64,000 nt of DNA from an uncultured Staphylococcaceae bacterium (GCA_964497235.1 CAZCCJ010000003.1:4668-68667), one strand, 5' to 3'. Positions 49,208-60,388 are shown, counted from the first letter of the stretch. Made by a program: numbers and translations. Notes: generated from the letters alone by a model not told the origin.

Positions 49208-49627
49208 TTATTTCCCTAATTCTTTTTTGATCGAATCCGCTAACATCGGAAGGTTCATGTTTTCGGTGTTTTGTGCTGTCATCGTGATTTGGAAGCCACC
49301 TTCGCCGCCGATATAGCGGGGAATGACGTGAACGTGGAAATGCGGAACGCTTTGGCCGGCGCATTCGCCGACGTTTGTCAGTATATTGACGCCTTTGGCT
49401 CCTAAAACCGCTATTTCGGCTTGGCCGATTCTTTGAGCGACGTCGATTACTTTATGCATCGTTTCTTTCGGCGTGCTTAGGAAATCCGGATAATGCTTCT
49501 TTGGCATGACTAAGGTATGGCCTTTCGTTGTTTGCGAAATGTCCAAGATCGCAAGGACTTCATCGTCTTCATAGACTTTTGTGCCAGGTATCTCGCCATC
49601 GATGATTTTGCAGAAAACGTCTTTCAT
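49208..49627 (-). CDS. HIT-family (Hint) protein
   Basis: VPHFHVHVIPR histidine triad. Confidence 0.85.
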   Translation of the reverse strand: MKDVFCKIIDGEIPGTKVYEDDEVLAILDISQTTKGHTLVMPKKHYPDFLSTPKETMHKVIDVAQRIGQAEIAVLGAKGVNILTNVGECAGQSVPHFHVHVIPRYIGGEGGFQITMTAQNTENMNLPMLADSIKKELGK

Positions 49628-49720
49628 GTCTCTTTCCTCTTTTCGAATATAGTCTAGTCCTTTTCTTTCGTTTGTAGCAAAAAGAAAAAGCCAACCTTTC
49701 GGCTGGCTTATATGTCTTCC

Positions 49721-51376
49721 TTAATCGAAGAGATCAGGGAAGGTCGTTTTGAAGTAGTCTAGAACGTATTCGTCATGATAGATGATGGCCATCTTTTCGA
49801 CGTAATAGTTCTTGGCCGCTTTAACCCAGGTGTCGCTTGAAGCTAGGCTATAAGCGATCTTTCTAGCGACGCGATAGGCCTTTTCAGCTCCGTAATAGTC
49901 GTCATTATCGGAATTGAAGGCGCTGCTCTTAACAGCTTCTTTGACTTGGACGATGGTGTAGTTGGAACCATCCTTGACGATGTATTTATGAGGATCGCTG
50001 GTTAGAGGATCTTTCGGGATGAGGTAGTAGTTGCCATTAGCGTTAGGTTTCTCGACATAGGCGTTTTTATACGTCGTAACGTTGGAAACGACTTGGTTGG
50101 CGACTTGGGTTTTGAAGATGCGGTTGCGCAAGCTTTCAGGCAAAGAGCTCAATCCGCCAGGCGTGAACCAGCCATTGGTGGTGTTGTTCTTCGCGACGAG
50201 CTCGCGGCTTTGGATCATGAACCCCGTTTCCTTGGCATAGGTGCCGCTGGAAGTAAAGCTATTCCATTGCGTTTCGAAGTTTGGATCGTAACGGTTGGAG
50301 GCATCGGCGATGACTTTGTATTTCTCGCAGATGTCGCCGAATTGCGATTCCTTGAGGTATTCATAGACGTCGTTGCCGACGGTTAACGATAACTTGGTCC
50401 AGTTCGCCGCTTTATAGATTTTTTCCGCCATTTCTTCTTCTTCGCCGTTGAATGCTTCTGCACCTTTGTAGAGTCTATCAAGGAAGGTCAAATCATATTC
50501 GTTATCCAGGCCTTTTTTGATGACTTCGGTGTCGTAGGCTTCGATTAAACGGTAGACGTTGTTATTCGAATCGGCAGGAAGAGTGATGTAATCGACTTTT
50601 CTCGCCGCCACGTTTCTGATGGTGCTCGAATAGTTCTCGTCCATCAGATATTGAGCGGTGAGCTCCTTGCGGTAGATGTCCGGCAAGAGATTGATTTCGA
50701 TATAATTCTCGTAAGTCGCGAAGATGTCGTTGAAGTATTCAGCAAGCAACAATTCTTGTTGGTTGATATCATCCTCGTCCAAGCGTTTGGAACCATCGAT
50801 TAATACGCCGAAGTCGTTATAGTCGTCGCCAAGCTTGTAGTAGTTCTTGACTTGGGCTTTGTAGAATTTCTCCTCGAAGAACTCATTCCTGTCTTGATAA
50901 GAGCTGTCTTTGACGTAGCCATAGAAGGATTCGTTGATACGATAAAGGAACTCTTCGTATAAGGTATTTACGCGTACGCGTGAGGCCTCGTAATCGATTG
51001 ATCCATCGTCTTTTTTCGTCACTTGATAGACGGAATATTTATCGATGAAGGCGTCGATTTTTGCATTGTCGCCACTTCTGGCGACCGCTCTAAGGCCGTC
51101 ATCGCCGAAGAATGGGCCATAGATGCTTTGTGAATAGATATAAAGAATGTTGTTAAGGACCTTCTCGCTATTCGTGTCGCCGCTTGAGATCAAAGCGTCG
51201 TAGATCTCTTTTTCGGTGTTGTTATAGACATCGACGGCGTTTCCGCTCGAGTCGGTGATGTTAAGAATCGAATTGTTCGTTGGAAGTTTGGCCTCGACTT
51301 TGTCGCATCCCGCCAAAAGCATTGCGCTAGTGGAAAGGACCAATACAAGGATGTTTTTAATCTTATTTCTTTGCAT
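49721..51376 (-). CDS. large lipoprotein of unknown function
   Basis: start at MQRNKIKNILVLVLSTSAMLLAGC (lipobox) with GGAGG RBS; start overlaps the last codons of the upstream lipoprotein gene. Confidence 0.5.
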   Translation of the reverse strand: MQRNKIKNILVLVLSTSAMLLAGCDKVEAKLPTNNSILNITDSSGNAVDVYNNTEKEIYDALISSGDTNSEKVLNNILYIYSQSIYGPFFGDDGLRAVARSGDNAKIDAFIDKYSVYQVTKKDDGSIDYEASRVRVNTLYEEFLYRINESFYGYVKDSSYQDRNEFFEEKFYKAQVKNYYKLGDDYNDFGVLIDGSKRLDEDDINQQELLLAEYFNDIFATYENYIEINLLPDIYRKELTAQYLMDENYSSTIRNVAARKVDYITLPADSNNNVYRLIEAYDTEVIKKGLDNEYDLTFLDRLYKGAEAFNGEEEEMAEKIYKAANWTKLSLTVGNDVYEYLKESQFGDICEKYKVIADASNRYDPNFETQWNSFTSSGTYAKETGFMIQSRELVAKNNTTNGWFTPGGLSSLPESLRNRIFKTQVANQVVSNVTTYKNAYVEKPNANGNYYLIPKDPLTSDPHKYIVKDGSNYTIVQVKEAVKSSAFNSDNDDYYGAEKAYRVARKIAYSLASSDTWVKAAKNYYVEKMAIIYHDEYVLDYFKTTFPDLFD

Positions 51377-53684
51377 AGTAGCAAGCACCTCCAACATCGA
51401 ATAAGGAACTATAGGCGGAAACGGTGCTATTGGCATTGCCATAAGCAACGGCGCATAACTCGGTTAAGAGAGTGCCTTTGATCGTTCCGGCCTCATAATC
51501 TCTGGCTTCGTCTTGGGCAGAGATTTGTTCGGCGTATTCTTTCCAATTGTTTTCCCAGGTTTCCCAAAGGTCGTTTTGCGTGGCATCACGCTTCGTTTTG
51601 CTATAGTTCTTCACGTTGCTTTCAAGGCTCTTGTCGGCAAAGGTGATGGAACCATTTTCGAATAAGCGTTGGAATTCATAGGTGTTGAGATCACTCAACC
51701 AACTTGTGATTGCGCTTTCGATCTTGCCACGGCGATCGGCGTATTCGCTCTGGGTGTTTTTGTTGTAGTTGACGTAGGTCGTCATATCGGTCTTTTTGTC
51801 GCCGACCATATAAGAAGGATATTTCGAATTCTTGTCGTCTGTAGCCGATGAAGGAACATAATCGGTGTAGTAGTCGCTTAAGGAAGCGCTGTTGACTTTA
51901 TACGTTCCATCGGAGTTCATGACTTCGTCTTTGGTGTAGTCGACGTATTTGTTGCCGTCTTTCTTATAGCCATATTCGCTCAAAGCGCTCCTGGCCACGG
52001 TGATGAAGTGGATGCCTTGATAGCTGCTTCCGGAACCGGCGCGGACCGCTAAGACGACGTTCCCTTCGGTGTCGGTCAAGACATTATGGGCATTGGCGTC
52101 GCTTTCGGTCGGATTGATATTTTCGACGATATCGGTCGTGTCGATGCTAAAACCAGGCAAATTGCCGAGTTGAGAGCTATAGACGCCAGTAGAAAGCGAT
52201 TTCTCCGTATCAGTTCCGGAGACGTTGTCGATATACCCACCAGCAACGTTATAAAGGCTGTTTAAGGAGGTCAAAGCCTTCTTGGAAGCTTCTTGCGAAG
52301 CGCTATCTAACCACGTATAGCGGAAATCGCTAGAAGTCGCTGGAATCGCATCAATATAGCCTTTCGCCGGCGTGGCGTTGGTCGGAATGACGTTAGGCGT
52401 GATCACGCAGACGTTGTGCTTATTGAAGTATTTGTTATAGACGACGTTACGAGGATAGAAAGTCTCTTGTGAGTCGCTCCAAACTGGGACGTTGTTGTCG
52501 TCTAAAGTCGTTTTGGCGGTGTCTTTAAGCGCGAGTGCGGCACCCATCGGGATTTGTCCGATGCCTTCGTCTTTGAAGAAGTCGTTGACGCTCTTCTCGC
52601 CGTTTGCCGTCGTGATGACTTGGTTATCATCAACCTCGGAAGCGCTAGTCGCATCTTGCTTTAAGCCCGGTGTCAAACGATAGGCGTCGGCTTTGCTGCT
52701 TTCGCGTTTGCTATATAAGGTCTCGAACGCGTAGGTGCCGAGTTGGAATTCATGAACGAGAGCGCTGTCGCTGCCGACTGTGTGCTTGTTCATTATTCCG
52801 TATTCGCCATAAGAAGTGTTGGACGAATCGTCGCTGTAATCGAGAGCGATCTTTCCGAATTCGCGGCGCGTATTGTCGCTTTCGAGTTTGCCGTCATCTC
52901 CGATTTTCGCTCCGGCGAGCTCCATGACGATGTTTGCGACTTTGGTCGCTTCGCCATATTCGCCGACTCCGGTGTTGTCGCCGATTTTATCTTGTGTGTA
53001 GGATTTGTCGGACGCGCTGGCCAATTTGACCAAGATATGGCGGATGTGGTACGGCATTTGGCTCTTTAGCCATCCTTCGTTGCCTCTTCCCCAGTCTTCG
53101 CTTTCCGGGAAGGATTTCTTCGTTTCGCCATTTTCAACGTATTGGCCATCTCTCATGGCCTCATAGCCGTTGATGTTATTGTTCCCGGTTCCGAAGTTCT
53201 GCGTCATTTGCTCGTTGAAGTCTTTCTTTTCGGCTTCATAGAGCTTCTTTTCGAAAAGTTCGTCGACGTTATCGACGCCTTCGCTGTCGAAAAGCTTCTC
53301 AAGTTCCTCGTCGTAGGTTGTGCCGTTGCTGTTGGCGTTGCTTTCCGCTGTCGATTTGATGCTTAAAACATCGCTTGAAGCGGTGGCGCGCAAACTCTTC
53401 ATCTTGGCACCGCCATCACCGGCGTGGGTGTTTTCGTAAACGTCGTAATAATGTCTGACAAGAACCTCGAAGATCTTGTCGAATTGGGAGCTAAGAGAGC
53501 TACCTGCACTTTGGTAGTTGCTTAGCAAATCCTGGGCGGTGTAACTGGTGCGAACGCCAGCGGCGTCTGTGAAGGTCATGATGACCCCAGTATCGCTTTC
53601 CGTGACCCTATCGCAAGCGGATAAGGCGGCGAGGGAAGCGGCAATCGCTACAAGCCCGAGAGCACATTTTTTCACTTTCTTCAT
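51363..53684 (-). CDS. large lipoprotein with parvulin-type PPIase domain (PrsA-like foldase)
   Basis: signal/lipobox LAALSAC; PYHIRHILVK...FGKIALDYS...GEYGIM...LVHEF parvulin motifs embedded in a 773 aa protein. Confidence 0.55.
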   Translation of the reverse strand: MKKVKKCALGLVAIAASLAALSACDRVTESDTGVIMTFTDAAGVRTSYTAQDLLSNYQSAGSSLSSQFDKIFEVLVRHYYDVYENTHAGDGGAKMKSLRATASSDVLSIKSTAESNANSNGTTYDEELEKLFDSEGVDNVDELFEKKLYEAEKKDFNEQMTQNFGTGNNNINGYEAMRDGQYVENGETKKSFPESEDWGRGNEGWLKSQMPYHIRHILVKLASASDKSYTQDKIGDNTGVGEYGEATKVANIVMELAGAKIGDDGKLESDNTRREFGKIALDYSDDSSNTSYGEYGIMNKHTVGSDSALVHEFQLGTYAFETLYSKRESSKADAYRLTPGLKQDATSASEVDDNQVITTANGEKSVNDFFKDEGIGQIPMGAALALKDTAKTTLDDNNVPVWSDSQETFYPRNVVYNKYFNKHNVCVITPNVIPTNATPAKGYIDAIPATSSDFRYTWLDSASQEASKKALTSLNSLYNVAGGYIDNVSGTDTEKSLSTGVYSSQLGNLPGFSIDTTDIVENINPTESDANAHNVLTDTEGNVVLAVRAGSGSSYQGIHFITVARSALSEYGYKKDGNKYVDYTKDEVMNSDGTYKVNSASLSDYYTDYVPSSATDDKNSKYPSYMVGDKKTDMTTYVNYNKNTQSEYADRRGKIESAITSWLSDLNTYEFQRLFENGSITFADKSLESNVKNYSKTKRDATQNDLWETWENNWKEYAEQISAQDEARDYEAGTIKGTLLTELCAVAYGNANSTVSAYSSLFDVGGACYYAKK

Positions 53685-53924
53685 AAGTGTGGACTCGTTC
53701 CTCCTTGCACTAACAATGCCTCATTAGTCTATTCTCTATAGAGAATGGGTGCAAGAAAGAAATTTCGGCCATCGCAACATTCTTAGCGGAAATCGAGGCA
53801 ATCGCGGATAATTTTTTCACTTTCGTCTAAGACGAACGGAAAATGGATTGACGTCATTTCCCTTATCATCTTGATTGATAAGAAGTGGCCTCTAGACTAG
53901 AATTAATGCGCTTTGGAGAGTTTT

Positions 53925-54752
53925 ATGTCCGCTTTAATCATTGAAAACCTGCACGTCGAAGCCAAAGGAACGCCGATACTCAAGGGCGTCAACCTCGCGA
54001 TTAACGAAGGGGAGATGCTTGCTTTGCTAGGTCCAAACGGCCATGGCAAATCGACGCTATTGGCCGCCATCATGGGGAATCCTAACTTCACGGTGACGGA
54101 AGGAAAGATAACCTTCGATGGCAAAGACGTTTTGTCGATGAGCGTCGATGAAAGATCGAAAGCGGGGCTCTTTTTGGCCATGCAATATCCGGCGGAGATC
54201 CCCGGCCTAAACAGCGCCGATTTCTATAAAGCGGCCATCAACGCCAGGAAAGAAAAGCCTTTGAGCGTTTTCGAATTCTATCGGACGCTCGAGAAGGCGT
54301 ATGATGAACTCGGGATTCCTTTCGAGATGAGCAAACGCAATCTCAACGAAGGCTTCAGCGGTGGCGAGAAGAAGCGCAACGAAATCCTTCAAATGCGGCT
54401 ATTGATGCCAAAGATAGCGATGCTCGACGAAATCGACAGCGGTCTAGACGTCGATGCGATGAATGTCGTCGCCAAGGCCATCGAAAAGGAAAGAGAACGC
54501 GGAACCGGCTTCTTGGTGATAAGCCATTACGCCCGTTTGTACCATATGATCAACCCCACCAGGGCGGCCGTTTTGGTCAACGGCAGAATCGTATTGGAAG
54601 GCGGACCGGAAATCATTGAGAGAATAGACAAGGAAGGATATGCCTGGCTTAAGAAGGAACACGGCGTTTCATTAGAAAAGGAATCCATGGAATTCGCTGG
54701 CGTTTCGATTGGATCATGCGCGACGAAGGTGACGGTTGGCGATGGAAAATAA
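53925..54752 (+). CDS. sufC: Fe-S cluster assembly ATPase SufC
   Basis: Walker A GPNGHGKST, signature FSGGEKKR, Walker B LDEIDSGLD. Confidence 0.9.
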   Translation: MSALIIENLHVEAKGTPILKGVNLAINEGEMLALLGPNGHGKSTLLAAIMGNPNFTVTEGKITFDGKDVLSMSVDERSKAGLFLAMQYPAEIPGLNSADFYKAAINARKEKPLSVFEFYRTLEKAYDELGIPFEMSKRNLNEGFSGGEKKRNEILQMRLLMPKIAMLDEIDSGLDVDAMNVVAKAIEKERERGTGFLVISHYARLYHMINPTRAAVLVNGRIVLEGGPEIIERIDKEGYAWLKKEHGVSLEKESMEFAGVSIGSCATKVTVGDGK

Positions 54753-55449
54753 GCGTAAAGAAGAATATATCGAGAATCTTCCCGCAACCTTGAATTTCGT
54801 CGTCGAGGAAGGCGATTTCTTATTGCTTGATATCGCCTCATTCTCGAAGGAAATAAGTTCGAAAATAATAATTGAAGTGAAAAAAGGTGGCCGATTTGTA
54901 GGGGCTTTTGCGGATTTTGCCGATTCCAACACCTCACTTTCGGTGACGATAAAACTGCTAGGCGAAGGCTCCTCTTGCGAATGGCACACCGCTTCGCTTA
55001 GCTCGAAAAAAGAGAAGAAGGAATACCAAATCGACGTCACCCATAAAGCAAAGGGGACGATCGCATTGGTTTCGAATTACGGCATCGCGAGGGAAGAGAG
55101 CTTTTTGAAATTCTCAGGTCTTTCCGAGATAGCAAAAGGCGCCTCCGAATCCATCACCAAGCAAGAGGCCAAAATAATTGTTTTCGATCCCAAATCTGAT
55201 GGTTTGGCTTCCCCAGCCCTCAAAATAGACGATAACGACGTGCAAGCTTCTCATGCGGCAGTCGTTGGGAGACTCAACGAACAGCATCTTTTCTATTTGG
55301 AATCGCGAGGGCTTTCCTTGCCTTTGGCCAAAAGGCTTATAGCGTTAGGGTACCTCAAGCCGATTGAAGGATTTTTCGAAGATGAAAAAACGAAAGAGAC
55401 GATAAACGAAGCTATCGAAAGGGGGTTTGACGATGTTCGATCCCTATGA
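54742..55449 (+). CDS. sufD: short SufD-like protein (C-terminal beta-helix part only)
   Basis: position between sufC and sufS; only ~235 aa where typical SufD is ~430. Confidence 0.55.
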   Translation: MENKRKEEYIENLPATLNFVVEEGDFLLLDIASFSKEISSKIIIEVKKGGRFVGAFADFADSNTSLSVTIKLLGEGSSCEWHTASLSSKKEKKEYQIDVTHKAKGTIALVSNYGIAREESFLKFSGLSEIAKGASESITKQEAKIIVFDPKSDGLASPALKIDDNDVQASHAAVVGRLNEQHLFYLESRGLSLPLAKRLIALGYLKPIEGFFEDEKTKETINEAIERGFDDVRSL

Positions 55450-56662
55450 GATAAGAAAAGATTTTCCGATGTTCAGGAATGAAATAAAGATGCAGGGCAA
55501 GCCTTTGATTTGGCTTGATAACGCATCCACGACTTTTAAACCGGATCAGGTTTTATCGGCCGTTTCCTCTTATTACACCTCATTGACCGCCAATTCCCAT
55601 CGCGGCGATTACGACCTTTGCTATTACGTCGACAAAAAAATCGAAGAGGTTCGCGAAAAGGTCGGGAATTTCATCAACGCCGATCCAAGAGAGATAGTCT
55701 TCACTTCCGGAACGACGATGTCCCTTAACCTCATCGCCTTCGGATATGGTCTTAAATTCCTGAAAGAAGGAGACGAGATCCTTCTTACTGAAGCTGAGCA
55801 CGCATCAAATGTTTTGCCATGGTTCAAGGTGGCGGAGATGACGAAAGCGGTCATTCATTATATCCCGCTCGATGAAAAAGGCAGATTGACCATCGAAAAT
55901 CTTAGGAAGACGATAACGAAGAGGACGAAGATAGTCGCCGCTGCGATGGTGACTAACGTCTTGGCTTATGTCGCACCAGTCAAGGAAATCGCGAAGATTT
56001 GCCATGATTACGGCGCTTTGTTCGTTTTGGATGGCGCTCAGACGGTCCCGCATATGCCTCTAGACATGAAAGAACTCGATTGCGACTTCATGGCTTTTAG
56101 CGGCCATAAGATGTGCGGACCGACTGGCATCGGCTGTCTCTATGGCAAATATGATTTGCTTAAGATGATGGACCCGTTTATGACGGGCGGCGGGATGAAT
56201 GCCAAATTCGATATGTGCGGCCAAGTGGGATTTCTCGAACCTCCGTTGCGCTTTGAAGCCGGAACGCAGAACATCGAAGGCATATTCGGCCTTGGTGCCG
56301 CTATCGATTATCTATCGAAGATTGGGATGGATGAGATTCACGAACATGAAAAAATGCTCAAGAAATACGCGGTGGAAGAATTGTTAAAAACTGACAACGC
56401 GATCATCTATAACCCCGATGCCGAAGGCGGAATCGTGACCTTCAATATAAAGGAGGTCTTCGCGCAAGACGCCGCGACGTTCTTAAATAGCCGCGGCATC
56501 GCCTGCCGAAGCGGTCAGCATTGCGCGAAGATACTGACGGATTTCTTGGGAACGCCCGCCACCGTTCGCGCCAGTTTCTATTTTTACACCACCAAAGAAG
56601 ATATCGACGCTTTGGCTGATGCCGTCAAACATGGGAAGGAGTTTTTAGATGCCTACTTTTGA
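55433..56662 (+). CDS. sufS: cysteine desulfurase SufS
   Basis: PLP-lysine motif SGHKMCGPTG and C-terminal catalytic Cys region. Confidence 0.9.
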   Translation: MFDPYEIRKDFPMFRNEIKMQGKPLIWLDNASTTFKPDQVLSAVSSYYTSLTANSHRGDYDLCYYVDKKIEEVREKVGNFINADPREIVFTSGTTMSLNLIAFGYGLKFLKEGDEILLTEAEHASNVLPWFKVAEMTKAVIHYIPLDEKGRLTIENLRKTITKRTKIVAAAMVTNVLAYVAPVKEIAKICHDYGALFVLDGAQTVPHMPLDMKELDCDFMAFSGHKMCGPTGIGCLYGKYDLLKMMDPFMTGGGMNAKFDMCGQVGFLEPPLRFEAGTQNIEGIFGLGAAIDYLSKIGMDEIHEHEKMLKKYAVEELLKTDNAIIYNPDAEGGIVTFNIKEVFAQDAATFLNSRGIACRSGQHCAKILTDFLGTPATVRASFYFYTTKEDIDALADAVKHGKEFLDAYF

Positions 56663-57101
56663 AATAACCCCGCAAATCATGCGTGAAATCATCATGGACC
56701 ATTATTCCTCGCCCCGTCATAAAGGCAAGCCGGAGGATCTTTCTTCTTATGTCTATGTCCATACCGACAGCGTCAATTGCATCGATTCGTTCGATGTCTA
56801 TTTGAAGTATCAAGACGGCAAAGTCGCCGATGCCAAATGGGAAGGAGTGGCTTGCACTATATCTAGTGCTTCCACCGACATCCTTTGCGATCGCTTGATT
56901 GGGATGAACGAGAAAGAAGGCTTATATTTGATTGAGCAATATTTGAACATGATTTCCGAAAAGCCATATGACGATTCGGTTTTGGATGAGGCCATCGTTT
57001 TCGTCAACACCGGCAAACAAGCCGCACGCATACACTGCGCAACCATGGGCTGGGACGCCATGAAGGAGCTTTTGCTCGAGGAGAAGAAGCATGAGCACTG
57101 A
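56649..57101 (+). CDS. sufU: Fe-S scaffold/sulfur-transfer protein SufU
   Basis: 150 aa, conserved Cys residues (NPSCGD-like region), AAGGAG RBS. Confidence 0.8.
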   Translation: MPTFEITPQIMREIIMDHYSSPRHKGKPEDLSSYVYVHTDSVNCIDSFDVYLKYQDGKVADAKWEGVACTISSASTDILCDRLIGMNEKEGLYLIEQYLNMISEKPYDDSVLDEAIVFVNTGKQAARIHCATMGWDAMKELLLEEKKHEH

Positions 57102-58500
57102 TAACAAAGATGTCTCCTTCTTGGATAAGGAATACGAATACGATTTCAAAACCGAGCAAAAGAGCATCTATAGCACCGGCAAAGGCCTTAATGAAGAGGT
57201 CGTCCGCGAGATATCGAGAATCAAGGGTGAACCGGATTGGATGCTCGAATATCGCTTGAAAGCGCTCCGTTCGTTCGAGAAGATGCCGCTTCCTTCATAT
57301 GGGCCAGATTTGAGTTTCCTCGATTTTTCGAGCTACACCTATTACACGAAAGTGGCTGAGAATGAGTCTCAGAATTGGGAAGAGGTGCCGCATGCCGTCA
57401 AAGAGACGTTCGCGAAACTCGGTATCCCCGAAGCGGAGCAAAAGTTCCTTTCCGGCGTCACCACCCAATACGAATCGGAGGTCGTTTACCACAACATGCT
57501 CCAAGAAGTGGAGGAGAAAGGCGTCATTTTCCTGTCGACCGACATGGGCCTAAAGCTCTTCCCGGAAATTTTCAAAAAATATTTTGGAACCGTCGTTCCT
57601 TATATGGATAACAAGTTCGCCGCCCTCAATGGCGCCGTTTGGAGCGGGGGATCCTTCATTTACGTGCCGAAAGGCGTGCATCTAGAGAAGCCGCTTCAAT
57701 CGTATTTCCGAATCAACAACGAAAAGAGCGGTCAATTCGAAAGATCGCTCATCATCTGCGATGAGGGATCGTCGATAAATTACGTCGAGGGGTGCACGGC
57801 TCCGATCTATAGCAAGGAATCGCTCCATGCCGCGGTCGTCGAGATAATAGTGCTCAAAGACGCTAGATGCCGCTATACGACCGTTCAGAATTGGTCGAAT
57901 AACATCGTCAATTTGGTTACTCAACGTGCGCTTGTGGAAGAAAATGGCTTGATGGAATGGGTCGATGGGAACATCGGCTCGATGAGGAATATGAAATATC
58001 CCGCTTGCATACTAAAGGGCGATGGCGCCAGGGGATCGGTCATCTCGATTGCCGTCGGAGGCAAGAATCAATTCCAAGATAACGGCGCCAGGATGATCCA
58101 CATCGGGAAGAACACTTCCTCAAACATCATCTCCAAGTCGATATGCAAAAACGGCGGCGTCGCAAATTATCGGGGGACTGTCCGCGTTATGCCAAGCGCC
58201 GAAAACGCCCATGCGCATGTCGAGTGTGACACGTTGATAGTCGATGCGAAATCAAAAAGCGATACCTATCCGAAAAACGAAATCAGAAACGCTTCAAGTT
58301 TCATCGAGCATGAGGCGACGGTTTCTAAAATCAACGAGGATCAGCTCTTTTACTTGATGTCGAGGGGGCTTGATGAAGAGGAGGCCACCAATTCCATCAT
58401 CATGGGATTCATCGAGCCCTTCTCAAGAGAACTTCCGATGGAATATGCGATTGAGCTCAATCGCTTGATAAAACTCGATATGTCGGATTCGATTGGATAA
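57091..58500 (+). CDS. sufB: Fe-S cluster assembly protein SufB
   Basis: 469 aa, full-length SufB. Confidence 0.9.
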   Translation: MSTDNKDVSFLDKEYEYDFKTEQKSIYSTGKGLNEEVVREISRIKGEPDWMLEYRLKALRSFEKMPLPSYGPDLSFLDFSSYTYYTKVAENESQNWEEVPHAVKETFAKLGIPEAEQKFLSGVTTQYESEVVYHNMLQEVEEKGVIFLSTDMGLKLFPEIFKKYFGTVVPYMDNKFAALNGAVWSGGSFIYVPKGVHLEKPLQSYFRINNEKSGQFERSLIICDEGSSINYVEGCTAPIYSKESLHAAVVEIIVLKDARCRYTTVQNWSNNIVNLVTQRALVEENGLMEWVDGNIGSMRNMKYPACILKGDGARGSVISIAVGGKNQFQDNGARMIHIGKNTSSNIISKSICKNGGVANYRGTVRVMPSAENAHAHVECDTLIVDAKSKSDTYPKNEIRNASSFIEHEATVSKINEDQLFYLMSRGLDEEEATNSIIMGFIEPFSRELPMEYAIELNRLIKLDMSDSIG

Positions 58501-58504
58501 AGAA

Positions 58505-60388
58505 ATGCAGGGTTTTTTCGATTTTGATGCAATAGTGGTGGGCGGAGGACACGCCGGCGTCGAAAGCGCATTCGCGTTGGCGCACCTCAAAAAGAACGTT
58601 CTTTTGATTACCCTAAACGAGAAGATGATAGCCAATACCCCATGCAACCCGCATATCGGCGGAAGCGCTAAAGGGATAGTCGTAAGGGAAATAGACGCAT
58701 TAGGCGGCATGATGGGTCTTTTTGCTGACTATCATCCTTTGCAAATCAAATTCTTAAACACCAGGAAAGGCCCAGGCGTCCAGTGCCTCCGTGCGCAAGT
58801 CGATAAAAAAGGATATCCGAAACACGTTCAAGACGAGATAAAGAAAGAGAAGAGAATAACCGTCAAGGAAGCGATGGTCGTTGATTTGCTATATGACGAT
58901 GAGAAAGTTTATGGCGTTAAGCTCTCTAATGGGGAAGAAATAAGGTCGAAGGCCGTCATTTTGACAACTGGCACCTATATGGAAAGCTCGATCATAAAAG
59001 GGCATGAGTCTTTCTTAGGCGGACCTGATGGAGAAAAGGCTTCCCATGGCCTTAGTGAATCGCTAGAGAAAATGGGGATTTCTTTATTCAGACTCAAAAC
59101 CGGCACCCCGCCTCGCATCAAGAAAGAGACCATCGATTTTTCAAAGGCCAAATTAGAAGAGGGGATGGATGGCGAGCTTGCCTTCTCTTTCTTGACGAAG
59201 GAATTCACTCCTTTGGAGAAGCAGCTTCCTTGCTACTTGATCTATACGAGCGACGAAACAAAGAGAATTGTTCTCGAAAATCTTTCCGATAGCGCTGTCA
59301 CTAATGGTTTGATCACCGCAAGCGGCCCCCGTTATTGCCCATCCATCGAATCGAAGATCCTTCGCTTCAAAGACAAAGAGAGGCACCAACTCTTTTTGGA
59401 GCCGGAAACAGAAGATGGGGATTCCATTTATCTTCAAGGCTTCAGCACCGGATTTGACCACGAGATGCAAGTCAAGCTCGTGCACACTTTGCCAGGGTTA
59501 GAGAACGCCGAGCTTCTTAAAGACGCATATCAAATAGAATACGACGCATTGTCGTCCTTCCAATTCGACGAGACGATGAGGGTGAAAAAATACAAAGGGC
59601 TATATGTGGCTGGCCAAATATGCGGCACAAGCGGCTATGAAGAGGCGGCCGCGTTAGGACTAGTGGCCGGCATCAACGCTTCGAGATATATCGATAACGC
59701 CTCGCCTTTCACCTTAAGACGCGACGAAGCCTATATCGGCGTCATGATCGACGATTTGGTTTCCAAAGGCGCCGAAGAGCCGTATCGCCTCCTTTCCTCT
59801 CGCGCCGAATATCGATTGCTATTAAGGCACGACAACGCCGATTTCCGTTTGACTCCGAAGAGCCATGAGATAGGACTCGCGAGCGAAGAAAGATATCAAA
59901 GCTTCTTGTCTAGGAAAGATAGAATCGAGAAGGCGAAAGAATACCTCTCGAAGACGAATATCTCGCCAAGAAGCGGAATCGGGGAATACCTATCGTCATT
60001 AGGCTATAGCGATCTCGAGATGGGCCATAAGGCGTTAGAGCTATTGAAAAGACCTTTCGTCGAATATGAAAAAATCGAAAAATACCTGCCAGATCTCGCT
60101 TCTTTTGATTTGAACGAGCAAGATGAATTGACGCTTGAAACGGTCATAAAATACGAAGGATACATCGCTTTGGCAAGCAAAGACGCAGCTGAAGAAAAGA
60201 AAAAAGAAGCGTTGTTGCTGCCCGATGATTTCGATTATAAAAATATGGATGGGTTGCGACTTGAAGCGCGAGAAAAACTGTCTTTGGTTCATCCTTCCTC
60301 GATTGGCCAAGCTTCGAGGATCTCCGGCGTCAATCCTACCGATATCGCCATACTTTTGTTGAATTTGAAGAAAAGGGGAGTGCTATGA
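58505..60388 (+). CDS. mnmG: tRNA uridine-5-carboxymethylaminomethyl modification enzyme MnmG (GidA)
   Basis: FDAIVVGGGHAG FAD motif; ATG at 58505 preferred over the TTG at 58493. Confidence 0.9.
   Translation: MQGFFDFDAIVVGGGHAGVESAFALAHLKKNVLLITLNEKMIANTPCNPHIGGSAKGIVVREIDALGGMMGLFADYHPLQIKFLNTRKGPGVQCLRAQVDKKGYPKHVQDEIKKEKRITVKEAMVVDLLYDDEKVYGVKLSNGEEIRSKAVILTTGTYMESSIIKGHESFLGGPDGEKASHGLSESLEKMGISLFRLKTGTPPRIKKETIDFSKAKLEEGMDGELAFSFLTKEFTPLEKQLPCYLIYTSDETKRIVLENLSDSAVTNGLITASGPRYCPSIESKILRFKDKERHQLFLEPETEDGDSIYLQGFSTGFDHEMQVKLVHTLPGLENAELLKDAYQIEYDALSSFQFDETMRVKKYKGLYVAGQICGTSGYEEAAALGLVAGINASRYIDNASPFTLRRDEAYIGVMIDDLVSKGAEEPYRLLSSRAEYRLLLRHDNADFRLTPKSHEIGLASEERYQSFLSRKDRIEKAKEYLSKTNISPRSGIGEYLSSLGYSDLEMGHKALELLKRPFVEYEKIEKYLPDLASFDLNEQDELTLETVIKYEGYIALASKDAAEEKKKEALLLPDDFDYKNMDGLRLEAREKLSLVHPSSIGQASRISGVNPTDIAILLLNLKKRGVL

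Noticed and set aside
54742-55449. Short sufD as a pseudogene
   Set aside because: Reading frame is intact, translationally coupled to sufC and sufS and has a plausible RBS; more likely a genuine short form.
58493-58504. TTG start extending mnmG upstream into sufB's stop
   Set aside because: The ATG at 58505 gives the canonical M-x-FD-IVVGGGHAG N-terminus and avoids overlap; the TTG extension is unnecessary.
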